This document shows, piece after piece, positions 11,579-24,668 of a stretch of DNA of 45,842 nt. This DNA is from Basidiobolus ranarum (Eukaryota). A program made the translations under genes and the position numbers. The notes beneath the pieces are model-generated. The model saw nothing but the letters and a program-made list of their open reading frames with translations. It did not search any database and was not told the DNA's origin. How positions within the stretch are numbered: position 1 is the first letter of the stretch; each line of letters begins with the position of its first letter. The stretch lies in assembly GCA_040143965.1 (NCBI GenBank), contig JASJQH010000025.1, positions 1 through 45,842 on the forward strand, written 5' to 3'.

Positions 11579-12008
11579 CTATCACTCATTCATCTCGAAG
11601 TGAAGTATACTTTACAACATTTAACTACCGTTGAAAGGAATCTAGTTACAGTATAGTACGATCTAGATTTTGGAGTACCCATTTCGTACATCTGGAATGT
11701 ATTAAAATATTTGTATTTCTTCATCGGACTTTTTCATTTGTATAGTACTTGTGTACCAGATTACCAACTTTGTCACGAATGATCATTTTAAAATCACTTG
11801 CTCTATGAAGTCTTCATGAACTTTACCAAAGCCATTAGTATGATTAAATGAGGGTTATCATTAGCTCATCACACCATGCTTTATTACGGACAATATTTAC
11901 ATTGAAGTAGTGTAAGATTGCTTATATCTTTTAGAGAGATGTATTCGGTAACAAAGATTAACAGTACCCTAGTCTCCATCCGCTTTAAATACTATAATGT
12001 GGTGGTCT

Positions 12009-13176
12009 TTACATGGCAAAGAACCCGAGCTTTTTCACTATTTCTCCTCTAGATTCTTTATCGAGAATGTCTTCCTCTTCTCTTTCCAATTTCTTCTTTA
12101 GTTGTCCGATCAGTGCTTGACCTACGGTTTTTCCGGTCTAAAAGGAAGTGTAAGTGATATGACTTGAAGGCGATTAGGGCTATATATATTTCTCTTACCT
12201 GAACCATCTCCAACAGTAAGCTTGGCTCGATGGAACCTTCAGCACTCTTCTGAACACCACAAAGATTTCCGCTCTGATTTACAGCAACAGTTAAACGTGC
12301 CTCAGTACATAATTCTTCCAATGGTGAAGCATCTACGATATAACGTGATCCTATCTAGAGGTTCATGGATTTGATTAAAATGTTATACTAAAAAGATGAG
12401 ATTCCTACATGAAATGCGAACCTTATTGAGGGTTACTGCAATAGGGATATGTTCCCAGCCTTCAAGACGTTCAGCAGCTTCGACATCATCGATAATTTCG
12501 AATTCTTGTTGACCTTCACCTACATCCTGTACTTCGGTCATAGGAACACGAGTGTTGAATAAAGCGGCGCGAGTAGCGATAAACAAAGCATCCAAAATAT
12601 TTCCAGAGTAATCGAGAATCTTTGAAATATACTCCAGTTAGTTTATGAGACGCAAGGATTAGAGGTGTAGAGCTATGAAATTACCGTGGCGTCAATATAA
12701 ATCACCCAACATTGAGCTCCAGGAATAATACAAAGTTTTTCCAAATTTATTCCACCTTGGGGACCATCCAAGACCTTAGTTAAAAGCTGAGTGAGTTCAA
12801 TATTAAGCTCGTCAGCACCACGACCTTCAAATTGTTGTGAAGCACTAGGAGCACTATAGAGTAAAATCGGTCAGTTACTATTGAACAAACGAGGGGATAG
12901 ACGTGAAGTGCAAAGACTATACCATTCAACGTTACAAACTACTTTGCCCTGATTAATTTTTTCACTATCAACCAAGCCTATTTCTACTTTTACTCCTACC
13001 AATACATCTGTACCCTCTATCCGACACCTAGCACTACCACTGGCTTGAGAAATCAAACCGGTTTCCAAAACAATGTCACGATAATCTAAACGGGTTCTAC
13101 CGTCGGCGCGAATATCGACATCGATACCTTTGGTGATGTAATCACGTTCAGCTGGGGAGATTAAAAGAGCAGACAT
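12009..13176 (-). CDS. RRP42: Exosome complex RNase PH-like subunit Rrp42/EXOSC7 (spliced)
   Basis: N-terminus ISPAERDYITKGIDVDIRADGRTRLDYR...ASGSARCRI...DVLVGVKVEIG. Also CWVIYID, GNILDALFIATRAALFNT and the C-terminus KLGFFAM*. Confidence 0.9.
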
Positions 13177-13470
13177 CTTGTGAATCAAGTGAACCTAAAC
13201 CACCGGTGTATATTTTCCAACACTAGATTGATTTTGGTTTGAAATTCTATTCAAAGTTCAAAAAAAAAAAAGGATTTCAACGAAAAAAATCCAACACAAA
13301 TAAATATCTCGAATGTTTATGAATAGATGATTAATTAAATTAAAAGTATGCCCTATATTGAGGATTATTTACCTGCGAGAAATCTTTTGGTGTGTAAATC
13401 TCTATTAAGTGTTCATAAAATTGAACCTAGTCTTTACCTTCTTATTACAGTTTAGCCGACTGAAGTCAGG

Positions 13471-14715
13471 ATGTTTCACGACCTTAACATTTCGAACGAT
13501 TCAAAACTTAAAGCCGGAGAAACCCACCTAGACTCTCTGAGGAAAAGACTTGAGTTATGTTCTGAGTGTATGTGACTTTTCCTCGCTACGTGATTAGTCT
13601 ATATGAATCTTCTCTCATACTTTTCGTATCAGTAGGATACGAAGTTGTCGCCTTAAACAATACAGTGGTAGGAAAAATTGGACAAAACAACGTAGGTTTT
13701 TTAGACTCGCTTGAGGTATATCTGGATGATTCTTGAGGAGACGCTAATCCTGATATACGTCTAGGTCAACCCTTTCAGGAAGCTGGACATACCTGATGTT
13801 TCCGATAAAGGTTTCAGAAAGAGCTTTCGTGTTCTATCAAGACTAACTATAGTTGTTGAGGATATATCTCAGAATTACGAATTGGTAGCTACTTCTTTTC
13901 TTTCAATCTGTCAAATAACCTTCGCTTCTCTTTTGTGCTAAGAAATACTACTTGTTAGAATGCTAATAACCCCGTGGTTGCATCCTACGATATACTGGCT
14001 GTTCAACCTACAAGTGAAAAGTTATTTCAAGCTGCTTGCGGGACATTTGAAGTTGATATTATCTCACTCGAATTATCCACAAGACTACCATTTTACTTGA
14101 AGCATTCTACGGTTGGGTTGGCTATTGAGCGTGGAATCCATTTCGAAATATCTTATAGCGCATGTATCAAAGGTACAGTAAACTAGCCACATGAACCTTT
14201 TGAAGATTTTCCAAATTCACACAGGAATTGTATGTATTCTACAGACAGCACCGCACGAAGACATCTGATTAGCAATGCTATCAACCTAATCCGTGTAACA
14301 CGTGGAAGAAACATCATCATTTCCAGTGAAGCGCAAAAGGCCATGGAACTACGAGGCCCATACGATATCATTAACTTGTAATTGGAGAGCCATTTCTTCA
14401 TCTTTCCTTGGAATTCCACTTTAACGCTTCCTTTTGAATACTTAGATGTTCGCTATTTGGACTCAATCAAGCCTCAGCTAGAGATTGCCTTACTGTTAAT
14501 TGTCGCAGTGTAATATATCACTCAGGTAAGAGCGGGTTGTGAGCATATATGTACCCAGATCATGAATAGCATTCATTCACACATTGCATCTCTCAACAGA
14601 AACCCGCCGCAATGTCCATAAAGGGGTGGTATCCGTCAATGCAGTGGGGGATTTAAAATCGCATGAAGAATGGAAAACTGGTGAGGAAAGCTCAGTGATC
14701 GCTATGGAACTATAA
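13471..14715 (+). CDS. RPP1: RNase P/MRP subunit p30 (Rpp1/RPP30) (spliced)
   Basis: Starts MFHDLNI. Contains YDILAVQPTSEKLFQAACGTFEVDIISL, AIERGIHFEISYS and GRNIIISSEAQKAMELRGPYDIINL. Confidence 0.9.
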
Positions 14716-15039
14716 CTATCAACTTCATTGTGAACCAAAATCACTCTAGAAATATCAACCCAATTTGGCATCTATTGCCTGATGAACACCCGTTCTACCC
14801 CATCCATATTATATGTTTGTTCTAATTTCTATAGATTTCGCATGCCCATAAGGGTGTGAAAATAAATGGACATGTGGGTTTTTTTCTTGTATCTCGAATT
14901 TATATCAAATATTGATCGAATGGTTTTGGTTAACATGAGTGGTGTGAAAGTTTTTGTAAAATGGGGAAATTACATAGAATAAATGATGGACATGTAATGT
15001 GCGAAATATCATGGAAGCAAACTGGAGACTATCTATGGA

Positions 15040-18000
15040 TTAAGCCTTGGCCTCTTGTTGCTCGAATGCCACTAGAGATTTGTTTTCTTCAGCTAGATCA
15101 CCGGCATTAAAATGGACCTTGGAGATAATTCCATCGAATGGTGCTTTGATAACATGTTCCATCTTCATGGCTTCTAAAATTATCAATGGAGTACCCTTCT
15201 TAACCGAATCACCAGGTTGAACCAAAACTTGTGAGATCTTGCAAGGCATAGGAGTCTTGACGGATCCAGCAACATCCGATTTTTCAGCGCTGAGATAAGC
15301 GGGAACCTGAAGGCTAAAGGTAGATCTACCATTCTAACAAGTGGAAACGTTTTAGTTAGCCTTATGAGCAACAACATGAACAACTAAAATGATTCTCTAC
15401 CTCTCCGAAAACATGGAGTTGCTCTCCCTTGAGTACGATATTAGAGCAATATTTACGATCGCCAATAAAGGTGTTCAATTGATTTTCATAATCTGCGTTG
15501 GTAGCCACATCTACTTGATCAAAATCTTTGGTTGTTTCTCCATTGTTAACCTTAAGCTTATAAGTTCCGTCTGGGTTGTACGCAATCTCTACGGAGACTT
15601 CCTTCTCACCACTTAAAAGGGAGATCTTACGGCTACCCAAGTTGTTTAAACGTGCACCTGACAAGGTAGCCCAGGGTGAATGAGGATCATTAGTACCGTT
15701 GGTTCGCGATTGAGTTTGTTGTTTATCTTTAAGGACTAGGGAAAGAGCTGCTTGTGCAAGAACATCATGGGAGACGGCAGGTGCTTCTTTGAAGAGGTCA
15801 CTTTCGTATTTCTAATCGATATATCACATCAGTAAATGAGGTTTTAACTTTTCCTTTACAGCAAAATGTACAAACCTTGATGAATCCGGTTTCAACATCT
15901 CCTTCGATGAAAGCAGGATGACTAACAACATCTTTGAGGAAATCGATATTTGTGTTTAATCCAACAATCTGTGAAAAATTAAATGTAAGTATGAATTTGT
16001 TGAAATCAGTGTTCAACCCTATTTACCTCATATTCACCAAGAGCCTTTCTCAATACTCGGAGAGCATCAGTACGATCGTCTCCTCTTACAACCAACTTGG
16101 CAATCATGGGATCATAATGAACTGAAACGGCATCACCTTGTCCGACACCTGTTTCAATACGAACACTATCCGAGGGCTCTGGAATACGAACGTGAAGAAG
16201 TTTACCAGTGTCAGGAACGAATCCCCTAATTATTTAAGTCAACATTATTTAGTATTGCTATTATGCGACAATGGTAGTGTATGTGAAGATGAGCATACTT
16301 TGCGGGATTCTCAGCATAAATACGTGCCTCAAAGGCATGTCCAGTCAACTTTAGTTCTTCTTGGGTTTTAGGAAGTTTGTTTCCAGCAGCTACCTCCAAC
16401 TGCCAGTGAACGAGATCTGTTCCAGTCACCATTTCAGTGACAGGGTGCTCAACCTAACGTACATTGTATTAGACGTTGGATCAAACAAGGTGAATCTAAG
16501 GTATTGACAATACCTGAAGACGAGTATTCATCTCCATAAAGTAGAACTTTTGGTCCGTATTGTCCATGATGAACTCTACAGTACCGGCACCAACGTAATC
16601 CACGGCTTTGGCAGCAGCAACGGCTTTAGCTCCAAGAAGGGCACGAATCTCGGCAGAAAGGTTAGGCTATCAAAAAAGGCATAGTTCAGAAATAAGTGCT
16701 ATCAATCACAAGAATGGATAAGCTTACAGCAGGAGCTTCTTCAAGAATCTTCTGATGTCTTCTTTGTACACTACAATCACGCTCAAACAAGTGTACAGCG
16801 TTACCGAATTTGTCAGCAAATACTTGAACCTCTACGTGTCTATAAGTAGACTGTTAGCTACAGATACAACATGTTTTTTGAAGGTAAATAAGTAATTACC
16901 TAGGAGTGACAAGATACTTTTCAATGAGACTGTGGGTCAAGAAATAAGAGTTAATAAGAATACAAATTTCGACATTGAGTTCCTATCATGATGCATACAC
17001 TTGGTCATCGCCAAAGGATTTACGAGCCTCGTTCTTGGCAGAGTTCAACATCTCTTCAAAATCAGCAGGAGTTTCGACGATACGCATACCCTATAATTTA
17101 GGAACAGTTTAAACAGAAATTCACTTAAAAACCATCAACTTGATGTAGAACACCAAATACCTTGCCACCACCACCTAAGATAGCTTTAATGAGAATGGGA
17201 TAACTATTGTATGAAGAGGCCAGTTAGGGACTAATTACAAGATTCGAGGGAAGCTCATGTGTAAATAATTACCCAATCTTCTCAGCTTCTTGCTTCAAAA
17301 AGTTGACGTCTTGATTAGGTCCATGGTAACCAGGAACTACAGGTACTTTAGCAGCCACCATGATTTCTTTTGACTCACTAGTACGAGATTTACGAATGGA
17401 TTAGCATAGGCATTCATACTGGTTAAGTGGTTTGAACGAACCTCTTGGATCCCATAGAGATCATAGCAGATGCAGGGGGACCAATAAATGTAATCTTTTC
17501 TTTATCAAGAAGGTCAGCGAAAGATGAATTTTCTGACAAGAATCCGTAACCTGGATGAACAGCCTTTGAAGATGAAAAAAGACAATGCTTGTTAGCAACT
17601 AGATTTCAAAGCAGTGAGCAAATAGAACATACTTGAGAACCACTTCTCTTGGCGACGTCAACAATCTTGTCCATTCTGAGATAACTCTCAGCAGAAGCAG
17701 CAGGACCAATAAGATATGCTTCGTCAGCCTATTTTCAAGAAATATCCATATTATCAGTATTTTATGTTGAAGTCAAATATTCCGGGTGCAAAATACCATT
17801 TTAACGTGAGCAGAATGTCTATCGGCTTCACTGTAAACGGCTACAGTCTTAATACCAAGTTTTCTGGCAGTTCTAACAACACGGCATGCGATTTCTCCAC
17901 TAGAAAGGATCTTTAGTAGCTGTTGCTACAGGTGTAAAGACAAGACATAAATAAAAATACCGATTGGCAATAAGGATTTTGTCGAATAAAGGCTTTCGTG

Positions 18001-18170
18001 CTGATACGTAGGTTAGATTAGATGAGTGTTATAACAATTACGTATACGATACAATACATACTAGCAGAAAAGGAGGCAGCAGTAGAACCAAAAGATCTAG
18101 AAGTATAAGCTGTGCCAAAGCGTAACCGGAGAATAGGAAGCCCAGCAGTTCTAGTGTATGTATAAACCAT
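15040..18170 (-). CDS. MCCC1: 3-methylcrotonyl-CoA carboxylase alpha (biotin) subunit, mitochondrial (multi-exon)
   Basis: Arg/Ser-rich presequence [19 protein letters not shown]. Motifs [65 protein letters not shown] and the biotinylation motif EAMKM. Confidence 0.88.
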
Positions 18171-19110
18171 TGTCTCAAGAACGAAAGGCTGCAAAGAAGT
18201 GTGTTAGAAAGAGAGAAGGTGAGACGTTTAGTAAGGATTGATCTGACCAAAAGCTTCAATAATAAGCATACAAAAAGGGGACATTTCTACCGTGGGAAGC
18301 TTCTCCATAATATACGAAGATACACAATTGACTCAGATGACTTCATATTTGGTAAAACCAAAGTCAAGAAGTGTAACAGCAAAAGCCAATCATTGTGATT
18401 TACCCTCTTCAATTCCCACGAATTCACCAATGAATTGCGAGTGAGAACTAATGGCAAATTACCCGAGTATTATCCATAGCGTTAGCATTGAATGCTAGCT
18501 TTAATGCTAACTAGGAATGTTGGAGAATATTTCCACGCTTCAATCAGATAGATCGCTCATAGGGTTCCACAAGGAGTTTAGGAAGACAACCACCACCTCA
18601 TCTCACTAAAACTCCAGGTTCCCACCATTCACTCAGGTGATTGTGTCAAATTAGCTCTGTACCTGATTGGCCAATTGTTTTTAAATGGTGGACTCTAAAA
18701 TGGCAGCTTGTTGTTAGTGACCGAACTCAAGTTTCGTATTTTTTCTGTGGCTTCAGCCTCTTTCCCTTACTCTTAACTAGCAACACTTAGTAAGTAACAG
18801 TGCACAAATGAATAATAAACTAAGTACCCCTTACTCCAATTTTTCCCATAAATTTCCGATGATTTTCTTGATATTTTGTAGACAAAAATATTTGGTTAGA
18901 TCTGAAATTATTTTAGTCAATTTGTTTATCTTTATAGTTAAATATTATTAGAGATCTGGCAAAATTTATTCCATCTTTAGAACATGATATTTATTACTGA
19001 CGTGAGATTAGAAGAACTGGGCAGAAAACATTATCCCAACTAACGCGGAATCAAAGTGAAGTTGTTGTCTTCGTGTAAATTGCTTTAGAGAAGAACCGTT
19101 TTCGCCAATC

Positions 19111-20651
19111 ATGTCAGAGAAAAATCCCTCGTCAAGATTAGAACTACTAGAGGAGATGACTGAGACGGTTAGTAATAAGTGCTGATATATAATTTTCGAA
19201 ATACTCAAGTTTTCCCTCATATCCAGTTGCTCGAACTAAGAGCCACCGTCTCGCATGTCTTCACAAATCTCACAACGTTAAATGTCGATGACAAAGGTAT
19301 CCTGTCGATCTTTACCGTTATTACTTGTAGATATATGCTTATCTTTATTAATAATTTCTTTTCAGCTGACAATGTTATTGAGAATTTTAAACAGAACGCA
19401 CAACACTCTTTTCACTTAATAGAGAAACTCTCAACCATGCAACCTGGAGTCGAAGGTATATTTTTCAGAAAGTGTGGGTATCCAAACACTATTTAACTTT
19501 ATTTTTATCAGAAATGTACAACCACTTTGAAACCATCGGTATTTCTCGACTATTACAACAAAGATCGCAAAAGTAATATTTTAGATATACACTTCGATGA
19601 CCAACGCTTTTTTTAAGGAGAAAACGTTGATTGGTTCCTTCTTTAACACCGTTGCCTTTAGAGTAATTGAAGAAGCTGAAGTGAATGGAGAATTACAAGA
19701 GAATTTGATAGAAAAATACGCCGTTATTTCAACTCAAGGAAAGCGTGCACACAGGTATTTCATTGAGAACTTTGATCGCTTTTGAAAGATACGAATGAAT
19801 AGAGTTTACCTTCTAAATCTAGTACTTTCCTTGATGAATTGAAAAAGAACTTCCGTGGACTAGATAAGAACGAAGACATACATAGACTCAAGAAACAGAA
19901 AAGTGAAACGAAAAGGTAACAAGTTTGGATTAACACAATATCAAAGCAACGATAACCCATGAACTCATCGCTCTACTTAGATCCATTCAAAGCGTGATTG
20001 ATACATGGACAGAAAAGGCCAAGACCTTCCCCTTCAAAGTTCTAGTTACAGTATTAGAGCAATCACAAAGCTCAACCGTTGGTTTTACAGTATGTAATTC
20101 AGTTGTAACTAATCTCTACTTGCCATCGGCGGTTAAAATGAAGTTCCCCAACAGGTCACCGTCTCGAATATCATGAATGTGAAGTTAGTTGTCAAGCCCG
20201 GAGCGACGACCAATGAAGTCCAAAGGATCGTTATGTTCGGTATTGATGAAAAGGTAAGTTGCCGTGATTAAAGGATCTGTACATGGTCGTAGTTCATTTT
20301 AATAATATTTGATTAATAGAAAAACGCATGGGAAGACTCTAGCTATTTGGTATTCCAGAGAATCTCACAATTAGCCATCGGTGCAGTGGACTACATCAAT
20401 CGTACCAAAGGGGAAGATTCCTTGGAATACTTACTGGTTTGTTCTGGTTTAACTTCTCTCTGATAGACAATTACTAAGATACCTTTGCTCACCAGGACTG
20501 GCTAGCCTCTTATAACGATCTTTACTCGGCAGTTTGCCATCGCTGCCAGAAACACCTATACTTAGACTCCCAATACTTCAAATTACTGCCACCGACTTTG
20601 CGGGTCTATGACCAAGCTAAATCATATGCAACCCATCCCCAATGTGTCTAG
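19111..20651 (+). CDS. MED27: Mediator subunit 27 (multi-exon)
   Basis: WEDSSYLVFQRIS plus the C-terminal Zn motif WLASYNDLYSAVCHRCQKHL...LLPPTLR...HPQCV* match the recalled MED27 signature. Confidence 0.8.
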
Positions 20652-20841
20652 TCATTAAATATCAGTAACATCTAATATACATGCAAATAATTAGAAACAA
20701 ATCAATTAATGTGAGCCACGACTTGATATTTATTTTCACAAGTTAATGTTTATTAATAAAATGAAGGGATTTGCGATTGTCATACAACAGCAATAACACC
20801 TATTGATTCATACCAAAAAACGTTCAGATTCGTGCAATGAT

Positions 20842-21488
20842 TTATTGTTCCATGGCGTCAGTGGACTTGGTAGAGCGGTCCTTGCGGGCAAGGAGAGCCT
20901 TACGGTCTTTGTCCAACTTGATGCTGGTGACAACAACCTTGGAAGGATGAACACCGATGGCAGTAGTGGCACCGTTGACCTTTTCACGAGTAAGACGCTC
21001 GATGTGGATAACCCACTTCTTACGGTAAACTTGAACAATCTTGCCTTCACGACCCTTGAAGGAACCACGAACAACTAAGACCTCATCATCCTTGCGGACG
21101 GGGATGGAGCGAGCCTAAATTGTGACCAAGGTTAATAGAGTTTCCAACTGGTACAGGTAAGAGGATATACTAACGTTGTACTTCTCTCTCAATTCCTTAG
21201 AAAGAGCAGCGGACATAATCTTTCTACGGATGCTGGAAGGAGCGGCGAAGTGGGCCTTGCGGCACTTGCGGCGGGAAGAGGTGACGTCTAGAAGAAAACA
21301 ATAGCTTATGAGACACTATTTATGAAATCCAATGGTGATCCTATTTACAACATTTCTACTCCCAAGGTACCACACAATAACGGATTATTGTAGTGTACAT
21401 TCCTCAAGATTAAACTACTCTAACATGGATGGATGTGTTGATGTAATTATTCGGATTAGAAAAGGAAATTACCTTGACTGAACTTCAT
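20842..21488 (-). CDS. RPL26: 60S ribosomal protein L26 (uL24), 2 introns
   Basis: [55 protein letters not shown]...[19 protein letters not shown]. Confidence 0.97.
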
Positions 21489-22157
21489 TTTTAGCCCGTA
21501 GAAAAACTACACGAAATTTGGTAGTATGTTTGGAAGAGAAGGCTTCCAAATAACTTTTCTTTGGATATTTGATGCGATTCACCGCTCAAGTCACGTGCTT
21601 TTTTTCCATCCCTAATGAAGATTTTTCCACTCTAGAAAAATGTTGGTTTTACTTTATAACTATATAGATCGCATCTTGACCATCTCTGATCCCGTGACCC
21701 CTGTCGAATGGATTGAGTGTGTCTGAGTCAGTCCATACTCACTTTCTTTTTCTGCTACTTGGAGTGATGGAGCTTAATATAATGAGCCAGCCAGTTCGAT
21801 AGCATGAATGCCATCCATCCTGATACATCAGTTTTTATACTACAGGTCGTGTCTTGGATTTCTAGTGCTTGAAGCGAAATTCAGAAAATCATTACTTTAC
21901 TGATTTAACTTGAGACTACGTTGAGAATTTTGTTGTGTCCTGTGTTAAGCGTGAAGGCAACGAGAGTTTAATCACGAATAGCTCAGGTTTGTTAGATATT
22001 TTGCTACTTTTGGTTTAAGTTAACAAGCAATTGGAGCGTTTAAAATATTGTATTTAAGAAATTATTTTATTTATATACAATCATAATTATACGGATATTT
22101 TCTATAAGATAGAAGTTGGTTAATTTAAGCCGAATTATAAAAGTTGACATAAATATG

Positions 22158-22375
22158 AAGTATATGTTTCAAACACTAAGGGAATCTGGTGATCATATAT
22201 ATATATATAGCAAATTCTCAACTCTCATGAAACGTGAATCAACCCAAATTATGAGCTAACTTAAAACAAATCAAACTCAAGGCGGGTGATATTAATTTCC
22301 CACAGTTGTAACAAGACAAATCTTATAGTGTATATAAAATATATACAAAGAAGCGCTCTGACTTAAATGTGGGAT
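22158..22375 (-). ncRNA. H/ACA snoRNA, U19/SNORA74/snR191-like (copy 1)
   Basis: Three-hairpin layout with H box AAATTA. Pockets AGTCA...GTTAC and GAGAGT...TAGT are complementary to LSU helix 69 GUAACUAUGACUCUC. Ends in an ATA/ACA-type box. Lies inside an intron (GTAAGT at 22403 to TAG at 22102). Confidence 0.82.
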
Positions 22376-22521
22376 ATCGTGTATACTAAGTAGAAATACT
22401 TACCAATAGTAATTCCATAGTGAAACAGCTAATAATAACGTACCATTTCGGGCAACCTAAAGGTAGAACAATTGGTTAGTTCTGGAAGATAGTAGAGGGA
22501 AAAGGAAGATAGTAGAGGAAG

Positions 22522-22758
22522 AAATGTGTGTTTCAAGTACTAAGATCCGCTCTTATTCTCATGGAGAATCCATGATAGAACGCACCAACTCTCGAGAAAC
22601 TTCAAGCATATCCTAATTTGAGTCAACTTAAAACAAGTTGATACTCGAGGCGGAATGCATTGATCTCCCACAGTTGTAACAAGACAAAAGTTACGGTGTA
22701 AATTCATTCAACATAAAGTGGAATGAATAAAACTAATGCTCTGACTTAAATGTGGGAA
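22522..22758 (-). ncRNA. H/ACA snoRNA, U19/SNORA74/snR191-like (copy 2)
   Basis: Same guide pockets as copy 1. H box AGATCA lies 14 nt after the first pocket, and the RNA ends ACA-TTT. Lies inside an intron (GTAAGT at 22794 to TAG at 22457). Confidence 0.85.
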
Positions 22759-23036
22759 CAGTATATATAACATCAAACGAAAATCTCTACTTACTCTGAT
22801 GATGCTCGGTGTGGAAGGTAAAGTTCAGAGGAACAATTCACTTGGGATTTATCTAGTTTCTAAATCAGCCACGTGATATGGTGTCAGGGGTGTGGCTACA
22901 TTTTTTTTCACTATCCATGAATAGTATGAGGATGGCATGAAGGTGAAGTGATTTAGAGATATATTTGACTGAATAAAGACAGAATAGATTGGATTGGATG
23001 AGCAATTTATTTATTTTTGTCAACTTCTACACGCGT

Positions 23037-23743
23037 CTAGTTAAGAACTGAAGACACTGATCCAGGGGTGTTTGTTGCTGAACTAGCATTACTATCGATT
23101 TGCATTCTCTTAGGTCTGCCACGATTACCCACTCTAGCTGGGCTCGTGGCTCGAACTTTTGACAGGTGCTTATTACCAATGGCTGGTGCGAGTTGATGTC
23201 CACTGGGTTTAATACTGGTCAAATTAGAATTATTACTAGGAGGGGAGCCTGGATCACTATTTCCAAAAAATTCCATTATTTTACTTTAGTATGCAAAATG
23301 AAAGTACTACGTCAAATATTCTTACCGATTTAGGTCTTCAACCTTTACACCTGAAAAATACAAACCAGAGCCTTTATCAACTTGGTGCATCCGTGTGGAG
23401 GGATCATAAAACGGCCCTCTGGCTTTTCTAGCCCATAATAGTAATTTATTCCTACATTATAGTATTATTATTATTATAGAACACCTTCAATATGTTTATT
23501 GTCTCAAAAGGTGTAACAGTGGGTTTACTCTCGAAATGTGAAGCTCAAATAAAACTAAATAAATAAACGTACCATTCTATTCATTTATTTTGTTGTTGAA
23601 GGCGGAAGTGCAAAATAGAGAACAATAGTAAGGGTTATCTATTGGTCCATATTTTGAGACGATTCAAAGCAACAAGTTGTACCTGAAGCGGCTTTTATAG
23701 CGTTGTGGCGCTTTACTTCTTGTTTATCGTCTGTGGTGGACAT
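23037..23743 (-). CDS. 136-aa protein with a PHF10/Rsc7-like motif and a disordered tail; includes a 4-nt microexon
   Basis: Exons 23743-23683 (61 nt), 23576-23573 (4 nt, AATG), 23451-23326 (126 nt) and 23256-23037 (220 nt) total 411 nt in frame. Product: MSTTDDKQEVKRHNAIKAASEWNKLLLWARKARGPFYDPSTRMHQVDKGSGLYFSG... Confidence 0.65.
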
Positions 23744-24668
23744 TTGTAGGTGAACTGACACCAAAGGTAAGTAATATTAACGGGGTTCTTTAATAATTAG
23801 CGTGGTGAATGACCTATAAGGAGAGATAAAAAAAGAAAGGAGTATTCAAGGGCATAGTACTGTCGTAAACTGGTCTTGGGCTTATCAGGTGGCTATTAAA
23901 GGCAGGTAGAGTCAATTGAAGGAGGATTCATAAGGTATAACGTAGTCCAATTTCCAAGTATTGATTTCCCCATATTTTTAAATCAAATCCAACATCCTCT
24001 TCCCTCTAAATATTATCCATTTGGTAACACGCAACCCTTTTGATGGCAAGGTCCAGCTTAAAAATGGACTGTTAATCAGAAATGGCCCAAGCTCGCATGA
24101 ATTGAGCCAATTGCTAAGGATCTTCGCAAACAATAATCAATATCCGCGCAAGTCCCCTAGGGTCAAATAAGTATACGATTGGAAGCAAAAGCTCACGTAC
24201 ATCAAGTAATTTCCACGCATGGTCATTATAATGGGCTACGAAAGATCTCATCCATCTGGGGATGCTTTGAAATTCTCCTTCTGAAAGCCGATCAGATCAG
24301 GTGCAGTGAGTTGTGAAGTTTGGAGGTGTTGGCATTACTTAGTTGATATTCAGACATTCAGAAAGGTTTAGTGCAAAGAAGAGAGGCACGTAAGAGTGAA
24401 ATATACGTAGCGTCTTATACCAAGTGGTGACTGTGTCATTTCATGTATCTTTCCACGTTTAAAAAGTCATTTAACGCACAAGGATGCTCACAAGACAATC
24501 GACAAGTTCACGTACATTTTATTATGACATATGCGATGTCAGTCAAATCTCCGAAAAGTAACCTTCTTTATGCTAAAAATCCATCAAGAACTATAAATAC
24601 AAGATCCTTGTTGATCAGTTTCATACTTGCCTCATAGAACTCTCTACCCACCATCACCCTTGCCAACT

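Larger units (their letters stand above)
22060..22860 (-). ncRNA. Putative non-coding spliced snoRNA host transcript (ends approximate)
   Basis: Canonical donors and acceptors bracket each snoRNA, with a tiny internal exon (22456-22444 or 22456-22404). No credible ORF. Confidence 0.6.

Noticed and set aside
20803-21078. ORF-track ORFs 20803-21078 (+) and 20808-21074 (-)
   Set aside because: These are antisense and off-frame shadows of RPL26 exon 3.
21289-21472. Long first intron of RPL26 as a possible snoRNA host
   Set aside because: No C/D boxes or convincing H/ACA hairpins were found.
22158-22758. Duplicated blocks as a transposon or CRISPR-like repeat
   Set aside because: Only two copies, and conservation is confined to guide pockets, stems and boxes, which snoRNA paralogy explains.
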